Shown piece by piece: positions 50,403-58,263 of a stretch of DNA of 64,000 nucleotides. The notes under the pieces are model-generated. The model had not been told where the DNA came from and searched no databases. It worked only from the letters and a program-made list of their open reading frames with translations. This DNA is from Gammaproteobacteria bacterium (GTDB lineage Bacteria; Pseudomonadota; Gammaproteobacteria; Eutrophobiales; Eutrophobiaceae). The stretch is from positions 64,001 to 128,000 of the forward strand of contig CAXMWX010000012.1 in the NCBI GenBank assembly GCA_963422205.2, written 5' to 3'. Each line of letters starts with the position of its first letter. Within the stretch, counting starts at the first letter, position 1. The translations under genes and the position numbers were made by a program.

Positions 50403-51553
50403 TGCGCTGGGTGGCCTTCATGCCTCTTCGGGGCAATTCCAAATCCATTCCGCACAAGAACCTGCGCCCGCTGGCCGGTCGGCCGCTGTACGCCTGGTCG
50501 CTGCAACAGGCCGTTGAGTCCGGCTGTTTTGATGCGTTGTATGTCGCCACGGATTCGACCGCCATTCGCACCAGCGTGGCACAGCAGTTTGCCGATCAGA
50601 TCACCGTGCTGGATCGCTCGCCGGAGACCTGCACCGATGAGGCCAGCACCGAGGCCGCCATGCTGGAATTCCAGCAGCACATAGGCTTTGATGTCATCTG
50701 CCTGATCCAGGCCACCTCGCCGCTGACCCGGGCGGAGGACTTTCGAGCAGCCAGGGAAGCCTTTCTTGAACACCGGTTTGATTCGCTGCTGACCACAGTC
50801 CATTCAAAACGGTTTTTCTGGGATGCTGACGGCCAGCCGATCAACTACGACCCGGCTCATCGGCCACGACGGCAGGATTTTACCGGTTGGCAGATGGAGA
50901 ACGGGGCGTTTTATTTCACCCGTGCTAAGGTGCTGAAAACACACCGCTCTCGCCTGGGCGGGCGTATCGGTCTCTATGAGATGAGCGCCGAGAATGCCCT
51001 TGAGGTTGACGAGCCGGTCGACTGGCGGCTGGCCGAACAGCTGTTATTACAGCACCAGCGGGCGGCCCCGGCCGAGACCATAGCGGTGCTGCTGGTGGAT
51101 GTGGACGGCACCTTGACCGATGCGGGCATGTACTATGGCGCTGAGGGCGAGCGTTTAAAAAAATTCAACACCCGTGATGGTTACGGCCTGCTGCGGCTTG
51201 CGGCCAGCGGCGTTAAGGTTGGCGTGATCACAGCCGAGGACAGCCCGGCGGTGGCAGCGCGCATGAGAAAACTCGGCATTACCCATTACTACCCCGGCAT
51301 CAAGGACAAGCTGCCACTGGTGAAAAAACTCATCAGGGACTGGCGCCTTACCCCCGCCCGGCTGGCCTATATTGGCGATGATCTGAATGATCTGGACAGC
51401 ATCGCCCATGCCGGCCTGTCCGCCTGCCCGGCCGATGCCGTTGATGAGGTGCGGCAACAGGCAGCCTATGTCTGTGAACGGCCTGGCGGCGGCGGGGCGG
51501 TGCGCGAGTTTTGCGAGCTGATTTTGCACCATAACCGCAAGCTGAAAAAATGA
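50402..51553 (+). CDS. neuA: Acylneuraminate cytidylyltransferase fused to KdsC-like HAD phosphatase
   Basis: PLRGNSKSIP.KN, LIQATSP, ENGAFY; DVDGTLTD, KKFNTRDG, YIGDDLND. Confidence 0.88.
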   Translation: MRWVAFMPLRGNSKSIPHKNLRPLAGRPLYAWSLQQAVESGCFDALYVATDSTAIRTSVAQQFADQITVLDRSPETCTDEASTEAAMLEFQQHIGFDVICLIQATSPLTRAEDFRAAREAFLEHRFDSLLTTVHSKRFFWDADGQPINYDPAHRPRRQDFTGWQMENGAFYFTRAKVLKTHRSRLGGRIGLYEMSAENALEVDEPVDWRLAEQLLLQHQRAAPAETIAVLLVDVDGTLTDAGMYYGAEGERLKKFNTRDGYGLLRLAASGVKVGVITAEDSPAVAARMRKLGITHYYPGIKDKLPLVKKLIRDWRLTPARLAYIGDDLNDLDSIAHAGLSACPADAVDEVRQQAAYVCERPGGGGAVREFCELILHHNRKLKK

Positions 51554-53265
51554 AGGCGCTCAGGGCGTTTTTGCTGGCCTATCCCAAGCGCAGCGTGATC
51601 GTGTTGCTCGCCTTTCTGGCGGCGGGCCTGGCCGAGGGCGTGAGTCTGGGCACCTTGCTGCCGCTGCTCTCCATCATCGGCGGCAATACGCCGCAGTCTG
51701 AACTCAACATTCTCATCACGGCGAAGCTGGCGGCGCTCAATATTCAGCCCACCATCGTCGTGCTGCTGTGCATCATCATCGGTAGCATGTTTGCACGCAG
51801 CATCCTGTTGCTGCTGGCCAATCAGCAAATCGGCTACAGCGTTGCCGGGGTCGCCACCAGCCTGCGTCTGACATTGATCGAGGCGCTGCTGGCCAGCCGC
51901 TGGCAGTTCTACCTGCACCAGAGAACAGGCGCACTGGCCAATGCCATCGCCACCGAAGCCTACCGTGCCGCCATCGGCTTTCAGCACGGCACCCGGATCA
52001 TCGCCCTGAGTATTCAAGTCATCGTTTATGCCAGCGTGGCCCTGCTGATATCCTGGTGGGCAACCATCGCCTCGCTGCTCATCGGCCTGCTTCTCCTCCG
52101 TATACTGAACCGCCTGGTGCGGGCGGCCTGGCGCGCCGGGGCGGGGCAAACCCGCTTGCTAAAATCCCTGCTCAGCTACTTAACCGATATGCTGGGCTCG
52201 GTGAAACCCTTAAAGGCGATGGGCCGAGACAAGGTGGCCAATACCATTTTGCACGATCAAACCAAAGAGCTGGAAGGCGTGATCCGGCGAGAGGTTTTCA
52301 GCAAGGAATCACTGCGTGCCCTGCAAGAGTGCCTGCTCGCCTGCCTGGCTACCGCTGGCTTGTATCTGGCGGTGCTGTGGCAGTTAAGCCTGGCCTCGGT
52401 CATGGTGCTGGCCTTTTTGCTGGTCAGGTTACTGGGGCTGCTCAATCGGGTGCAAAAAGAGTTTCAACAACTGCGGGTGACGGAAACGGCCTACTGGTCG
52501 CTGCTGGCCACCACCCGGCAAGCCAGAGCAGCCGCCGAGCCGCCCATGGGCAGGCAGCAACCCGCCCTGCAAAAAGCCATTCGTCTGCACCAGATCCGGT
52601 TTGACTACGGCAGGGGCGCGGTCTTCAACGGGCTGGACCTGGACATCCCCGTCGGCGCATTCATCGCCATCAGCGGCCCGTCCGGGACGGGTAAAAGTAC
52701 GCTGCTGGATTTGCTCTGCGGACTGCTGCAACCGGATGCTGGCGAGGTGCTGATAGATGACGTTCCCATGCAGCAGCTGGACTTGCACGCCTGGCGGCGC
52801 ATGATCGGCTATGTCTCACAGGACACAGTGCTGCTGCATGACAGCATTTTGCACAATATCACCATCGGCGAGGCCGGCTTAACCGAGGCCGATGCGATAC
52901 GTGCCATGCACCAGGCGGGCGTGTGGGAGTACGTCCAGAGCCTGCCCGAGGGCATGCATACCGTGGTTGGCGAGCGCGGCGGCCTGCTCTCCGGTGGCCA
53001 GCGACAACGCATCGCCATTGCCCGGGCGCTGGCGCATAACCCCCGGCTGCTGATCCTCGATGAACCGACTAGCGCGCTGGATCAGCAAAGCGAGCGGATT
53101 ATCTGCGATACCCTGCACAAACTCAGGCGCACGATTACCATCGTTGCCGTCTCTCACCAGCCGTTGCTCAATGCCGTGGCCGATGAGATCTATCAGCTAC
53201 GCCACGGCAGACTGGCAATCGTACCCGCCGCCACCGAGGCGGCAGATCTCCCCGGCCTGCCATGA
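51550..53265 (+). CDS. ABC transporter permease/ATPase (MsbA/PglK-like exporter)
   Basis: TM domain; GPSGTGKS, LSGGQRQR, LILDEPT. Confidence 0.92.
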   Translation: MKALRAFLLAYPKRSVIVLLAFLAAGLAEGVSLGTLLPLLSIIGGNTPQSELNILITAKLAALNIQPTIVVLLCIIIGSMFARSILLLLANQQIGYSVAGVATSLRLTLIEALLASRWQFYLHQRTGALANAIATEAYRAAIGFQHGTRIIALSIQVIVYASVALLISWWATIASLLIGLLLLRILNRLVRAAWRAGAGQTRLLKSLLSYLTDMLGSVKPLKAMGRDKVANTILHDQTKELEGVIRREVFSKESLRALQECLLACLATAGLYLAVLWQLSLASVMVLAFLLVRLLGLLNRVQKEFQQLRVTETAYWSLLATTRQARAAAEPPMGRQQPALQKAIRLHQIRFDYGRGAVFNGLDLDIPVGAFIAISGPSGTGKSTLLDLLCGLLQPDAGEVLIDDVPMQQLDLHAWRRMIGYVSQDTVLLHDSILHNITIGEAGLTEADAIRAMHQAGVWEYVQSLPEGMHTVVGERGGLLSGGQRQRIAIARALAHNPRLLILDEPTSALDQQSERIICDTLHKLRRTITIVAVSHQPLLNAVADEIYQLRHGRLAIVPAATEAADLPGLP

Positions 53266-54173
53266 ACCTGTACGCACAACTGATGCGGCTGGTTGAGCGC
53301 TGCTATAAGCCTGAACGGGACCCGGGGCGGGTTAAGCGCATCTATCATATATACGATGTGGATCGTGGCTACCAGCACTACCATCTACTCTGCCAGCAAC
53401 GCTTGAAGCGCCCAGTTGCTGATCAGCCGACCACGCCCCTGCATGAGCGGGGCTTTGCTTATCTTGATGTGATCACGCCGTCAGCGGCGGCGATCATCCG
53501 GGCGGTCTGTGCATCCGGGCCGCCTGCCCGAATCAAGAAAAACAGCAGGCCACTCAAGGGGTATCGGCTGACTGATCGGCAGTTGATTGAAGGCATTTTG
53601 AAACAAGTGTTCACGACCGCGCTTGATGAGCAACTGGTGAATTTTTTTCGCAGCGAGTATCTGGTACACTGGCTGACCTTTGCGGCGACCACACCAGCCG
53701 CCGCGCAAGACATCGTCTCCTTTCGCTGGCACTGTGACAAGGGGCCGAGCCAACACCTGAAACTGATCATCTATCTCAATGCCAGCGGTGAGCATGGCGG
53801 CAACACCGAGTTCATCACGCTGGCCGATACGCAGGATGTTGGCGCATGTGGCTATGTGTTTGGCTGGACCCGGCGGCGCACCAGCGAGGTCAGATATCTG
53901 GAACAACTCGCCGGCCACCCCATCAAGACGCACCGGCAAGCCATGGAAGCCGGTCAGGGCGTGTTGTTCCAGCCGGCCAATGTGCTGCACCGTGGCGTCA
54001 GCCCCAGCCGTGGCGAGCGCTATGCACTGACCCTGAACCTGCTGCCCAGCCCAGTACCCTGGCAAACCGCCCTTCACAGGGGCGCCCTGTCAGACCTCAC
54101 CAAAGAGGCGAACTGGCACAGTCATGCCGATGTGTTGTTGCAGACCCCGCACCTGCAAGCAGGGCAGTCATAA
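53262..54173 (+). CDS. Putative Fe(II)/2-oxoglutarate oxygenase-fold protein
   Basis: WHCD...IIYLN...GG.TEF...LHRG...R. Confidence 0.65.
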   Translation: MNLYAQLMRLVERCYKPERDPGRVKRIYHIYDVDRGYQHYHLLCQQRLKRPVADQPTTPLHERGFAYLDVITPSAAAIIRAVCASGPPARIKKNSRPLKGYRLTDRQLIEGILKQVFTTALDEQLVNFFRSEYLVHWLTFAATTPAAAQDIVSFRWHCDKGPSQHLKLIIYLNASGEHGGNTEFITLADTQDVGACGYVFGWTRRRTSEVRYLEQLAGHPIKTHRQAMEAGQGVLFQPANVLHRGVSPSRGERYALTLNLLPSPVPWQTALHRGALSDLTKEANWHSHADVLLQTPHLQAGQS

Positions 54174-54182
54174 GCGATACGA

Positions 54183-55249
54183 ATGATGCGGATCTGTCAA
54201 ATCATATTAACCCCTGGAAGAGAATTTGGCGGTGTTGAGCGCTATGCCGTTGATCTGACCAGGGCGCTGTGTGAACGGGGCCATGAGGTGCTGGCTGTCT
54301 CAGTGCGTGGCTCTGAGTGTAACGCCTTATTTCAAGCCACACCCAACTTGCAGCAGGCCCCGCTCTCCCCATGCCGGGTGTTCAGGATCAAGAAATGGTT
54401 TCCCTTTGTCGCCAGCAAAATACAGCGTATCCTCGCTGATTTTAAGCCCGATGTGGTGCAGGCACAGCAAACTCCGGCCGTCTACTATGGCGCTAAAGCA
54501 GCCAGAGAACTGAAGCTGCCGCTGATCGCACATATTCATAATGACTACGTTAAGCTCAAGTATTACCGCCACGCCGACAGGTTCATCCCGCCAACAGATA
54601 CGATATCTCACTACCTGAGAAGCAATCATATTCCGGCGGAGAAAATCAGCCTGATCCGGAACTTCTCCGCCCTGGCCGCAGTGGAGCGCATCAAAGCACG
54701 TCAAATTACGGGGGGGGGGTGAAAACCATCGTCAGTCTGGGGCGTTTCAGCCATGAGAAGGGGTTTGATGTGCTGTTGGCGGCATTAACGAAGATCAGCG
54801 ATCAGACCATACAGCTTCATCTCGCCGGTGATGGCAAGGAGCGCGGGCGCATTAAGAAATCAGTCGCCGCATACCGGTTGGAAGACCGGGTGCGGCTCAT
54901 CGGCTGGCGGCATGAGGTGCGCGATTTTCTCATGCAGGGCGATCTGTTTGTGCTGCCCTCCCGCTATGAAGCCTTTGGCATTGTCCTGCTGGAGGCGATG
55001 GCCTGTGGCATTCCCATCGTCACCACAGACTGTGACGGGCCGCTGGAGATCCTCGATGAGAGCTGCGCCTGGTTCTGCAAGGCGGGCAGTGCAGACTCCC
55101 TGGCCGCTGCCATAGCAGAGGCGCTGGCCGACCCGGTCGGCAGGCAGTTACGGGCCGAGAATGCCTTGCAGCGCTACCGGGACAGGTACACACTGGATCA
55201 GGCCGTGCTGAAATTCGAAGCACTGTATCAACAGCTGGCCGGGGCGTAG
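54183..55249 (+). CDS. GT4 glycosyltransferase, out of frame at a G10 tract
   Basis: GGVERY N-domain (54183-54722); GRFSHEKGFD, EAFGIVLLEAMACG C-domain (54719-55249). Confidence 0.88.
54710..54719 (+). repeat. G10 homopolymer, candidate phase-variation tract
   Basis: Read directly; sits at the frameshift point. Confidence 0.85.
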
Positions 55250-55344
55250 AGGCCGCATATGAGTCCACCACCTATTGCACATTTTATTGTACTTGATCAT
55301 GTACTGCACGGGGATTTGTCATCCTGGGGGATACAGGACGACGA

Positions 55345-55416
55345 CATGGATGCAGGAGGTAGAGAATGTCAGGAACATACTCTCGAGGTAGAAAACGTCG
55401 GGAACAGGTTTTCGAG
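55345..55416 (+). repeat. Intergenic repeat with two tandem hairpin units (GAGGTAGA-N-GGAACA-N-TCGAG)
   Basis: Units start at 55356 and 55385, preceded by CATGGATGCAG; resembles dispersed gammaproteobacterial repeats (from recall). Confidence 0.55.
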
Positions 55417-55444
55417 CGACTGTAAGAATCTGCCATGTCGTCCC

Positions 55445-55523
55445 CGTCATCCTGAGCGCAGCGAAGGATCTCTCCTATCTATCACGATAGATCCTTCGAT
55501 CGCTTCGCTCTCTCAGGATGACG
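55445..55523. repeat. CGTC-type REP-like palindrome
   Basis: CGTCATCCTGAGCGCAGCGAAGGATCT ... AGATCCTTCG...CTCAGGATGACG. Confidence 0.85.
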
Positions 55524-55699
55524 CAGAGAGGCAGCATGGCGGAGTGATAGGGCATTCGTTTTCCCCCTCCATTAAGTGCAATAGGTTTCTGAACTTGTAC
55601 AGGCCGCATGAAAGCGTGCTGTGAAATAACAGGCGCGGTCGGGCTCGATACAGTGGGCGAAGGGGTGACTCACAGGGTGAAGGCCAAGAGTTAAGCATC

Positions 55700-56923
55700 A
55701 TGTACGACTTCCTTATCCTGACCACGGCCATTACCCGACCGGACCTGCACCAGCGCATCCTCCCGGCCACCCTGCAATTCATTGACGGCCTGGCGGTCAA
55801 GTGGCTCATCAACGTGGATGACATAGATAACGAGGCCTCCATCGCCGCCACCGTTGAGAATTTCAGCACGCTGTTTGCCGGGGCGGACAACATCGATGCC
55901 GAGTTCCTGTACGCCGAAGGGAAGAGCTGTTTTTTCTCCGCCGCCCGGCGGCTGGCGCGGCATGCCCATGAACTGCTGCCGCAATGCAGAACCGGCGTGC
56001 TGTGGCTGGAGGATGACTGGGAGCTGACGCCGAGGGCAGCACTGGCGCGGTGGCTCAATCAGTATCGAGTGAAATATCGCAAGGGCAAGTTTGGCAAGAC
56101 GCTGCTGCCCTGCCCCGGCAGCTTGAGAGCAAAACAGGCCATCATCGAGGCACGATGCGATAATCAGGCGGCCTGGTGGTATGTCTCACTGGTGCCCAAG
56201 GCCAAAGTATCATTCAACCCCGGTATATGGTCGAAGGCGCTGTTTGACAAGGGCATCTATCAACCACTGACATGTATAGAGAACGGACGCCTTAACGACC
56301 CGGAGAATCACTGTTTCGACCCACAGAATGAGGCAGAGCAATACCAGAGGACATCCGTATTTGTCGATCCCCCGTTCCAGGATGTCGGTCAGCGCTGGCT
56401 GTCCTTGCGTGATCTGAAAAAATGGCAGAAAGACAGCGCCGAACTGACAACCCGGGGCCGGGCAACATACAGCAAAAGCATAAAGGCATCGGCAGCGACA
56501 CAGCACGCCCTGACCGGGTGCTACCTGCTGCCGGATTTTGCCTTCAACTCGCCGCTGACATGGCTGGTAGCGACCGCATACCATAACGGCAGGCTGACAG
56601 CACGGCTGCCCGGCGTCCCATGGCTGTCGTTTGAGCTGATCGTTGCTGATGATCTGCATGCCGACATCTACCTTAATCGCATGCACGGCTGGTCGGAGAA
56701 ATCCGGGTTTATGAGAACGACGGCGACACTGCGCTGGCAGTGTGATCCGGCTTCCGGTCGGCCTTCGAACGTGGCGATCCGATCCAAGCTGGGCAACGTT
56801 ACCGCCAGCTACCGCAGGCGCTGGCCGCTATCTGCCCTATGGATCGTTCCCATGCAGAGTCTTGCTGGCCTGGGGCTGTATCTGTTTACCTTATACAAGC
56901 TGATGCAGGGGCTGAAATACTAG
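55700..56923 (+). CDS. Hypothetical protein, probable GT-A-like glycosyltransferase with C-terminal membrane anchor
   Basis: TTAITRPDLH, WLINVD, WLEDDW, SFNPG.W, DPE, FQDVG; in glycan cluster. Confidence 0.6.
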   Translation: MYDFLILTTAITRPDLHQRILPATLQFIDGLAVKWLINVDDIDNEASIAATVENFSTLFAGADNIDAEFLYAEGKSCFFSAARRLARHAHELLPQCRTGVLWLEDDWELTPRAALARWLNQYRVKYRKGKFGKTLLPCPGSLRAKQAIIEARCDNQAAWWYVSLVPKAKVSFNPGIWSKALFDKGIYQPLTCIENGRLNDPENHCFDPQNEAEQYQRTSVFVDPPFQDVGQRWLSLRDLKKWQKDSAELTTRGRATYSKSIKASAATQHALTGCYLLPDFAFNSPLTWLVATAYHNGRLTARLPGVPWLSFELIVADDLHADIYLNRMHGWSEKSGFMRTTATLRWQCDPASGRPSNVAIRSKLGNVTASYRRRWPLSALWIVPMQSLAGLGLYLFTLYKLMQGLKY

Positions 56924-56935
56924 GCGGCAGCGGGG

Positions 56936-57991
56936 ATGAGGATATGTCACATTGTCCTGACCCGCCGGGCGTTTGGCGGTGCTGAGCGCTATGCGGTTGA
57001 CCTGACCCGGGGGCTGGTTGAACGCGGCCATGAGGTACTGGCGATATACTCACGTGGCTCTGCCTGCGAGGCCCGGTTTGCGCCAATCCCGAACCTGCAC
57101 CAGTACGCCCTGTCCGTATCCCTGCTGGGTAAATGGGATCCTACGATCAGCGGCCAGCTACGCCGCCCCCTGACAGATTTCCAACCCGATGTGGTGCAGG
57201 GGCATCTGGCCCGCGGCGCCTCGATGGCCGGCAGGGCGATGAGGGAACTGGCCATCCCCCTCGTTGCACACACGCACACGTTTATCAAGCTGAAATACTA
57301 CCCCCATGTCGATCTGTTCATCCCGGCCACACAGGCACAATACGACTACCTAAGAGCCTGCCACATCCCGGCGGCGAAGATCTGCCTGATCCCGAACTTC
57401 TCCGCCTTTCAGGCGATAGCACAAGTCAGGCGGCGGCAGCGGGTGAGGATCATCGTCAGCCACGGTCGCCTGGTGCATAAAAAAGGCTTTGATCTGCTGC
57501 TGGCGGCATTCAGTCGCATCAACGATCACGATCTACAGCTATATCTCGCTGGTGATGGCAGCGAACGGGAGCGGCTTGGCCGGTTGGTCAGGCGTTATCA
57601 ACTGCAAGAGCGGGTGCGGCTTATCGGCTGGCAGGAGAACATTCGCGATTTTCTCATGCAGGGCGATCTGTTCGTCCTGCCCTCCCGTGATGAGCCTTTC
57701 GGCATCGCCCTGCTGGAGGCCATGGCCTGCGGCATTCCAGTGGTTGCGACCGACTGCCACGGGCCGGTGGAGATAGTTGATGAGAGCTGTGCCTGGCTGT
57801 GTGCAGCAGGCAGTGCTGACGCCTTGACCGAGGCGATAGCAGAGGCGCTGGCCGACCCGGCTGGCCGGCAGTTACGGGCCGAGAATGCCTTGCAGCGCTA
57901 TAAAGCGCATTACACCCTGGACAAGGCCGTGCCGCAATTCGAAGCGGCGTACCAAAGGCTGGCGGCATCGGCCATCGCTGATGCTTCGTAA
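56936..57991 (+). CDS. GT4 glycosyltransferase
   Basis: GGAERY, GRLVHKKGFD, EPFGIALLEAMACG. Confidence 0.92.
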   Translation: MRICHIVLTRRAFGGAERYAVDLTRGLVERGHEVLAIYSRGSACEARFAPIPNLHQYALSVSLLGKWDPTISGQLRRPLTDFQPDVVQGHLARGASMAGRAMRELAIPLVAHTHTFIKLKYYPHVDLFIPATQAQYDYLRACHIPAAKICLIPNFSAFQAIAQVRRRQRVRIIVSHGRLVHKKGFDLLLAAFSRINDHDLQLYLAGDGSERERLGRLVRRYQLQERVRLIGWQENIRDFLMQGDLFVLPSRDEPFGIALLEAMACGIPVVATDCHGPVEIVDESCAWLCAAGSADALTEAIAEALADPAGRQLRAENALQRYKAHYTLDKAVPQFEAAYQRLAASAIADAS

Positions 57992-58022
57992 CAGTTGCCG
58001 CTCCTGCCCGCCAGGCGGCAGG

Positions 58023-58051
58023 TTGAGCCTGCACCCATCATCCCGTACACT
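58023..58051 (+). promoter_or_regulatory. Candidate sigma70 promoter of tRNA
   Basis: TTGAGC-N17-TACACT followed by GC-rich discriminator. Confidence 0.5.
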
Positions 58052-58065
58052 GTCGCCCGTATCGG

Positions 58066-58142
58066 CGGGGTGTAGCTCAGCCTGGTAGAGCGCTGCCTTC
58101 GGGAGGCAGAGGTCGTGAGTTCAAATCTCGCTACCCCGACCA
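58066..58142 (+). tRNA. tRNA-Pro (CGG)
   Basis: 77 nt cloverleaf; anticodon arm CTGCC-TTCGGGA-GGCAG; GTTCAAAT T-loop; CCA end. Confidence 0.96.
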
Positions 58143-58263
58143 TGCTTGCAGTGGATTACGCATAACTTACAGTTGATTACCGATAAAATAAGCACGGGGC
58201 TGGTCACTTTTGCTATGCTACTCACTATGCTTAAACAAAAATAACACCACAGGATTTAGAACA

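Noticed and set aside
55259-55624. 121-aa ORF
   Set aside because: Largely a translation of palindromic repeats (RHPERSEGS); no protein features.
58066-58260. Integrative element at tRNA-Pro
   Set aside because: No integrase, and no duplicated tRNA 3' end noticed in the window.
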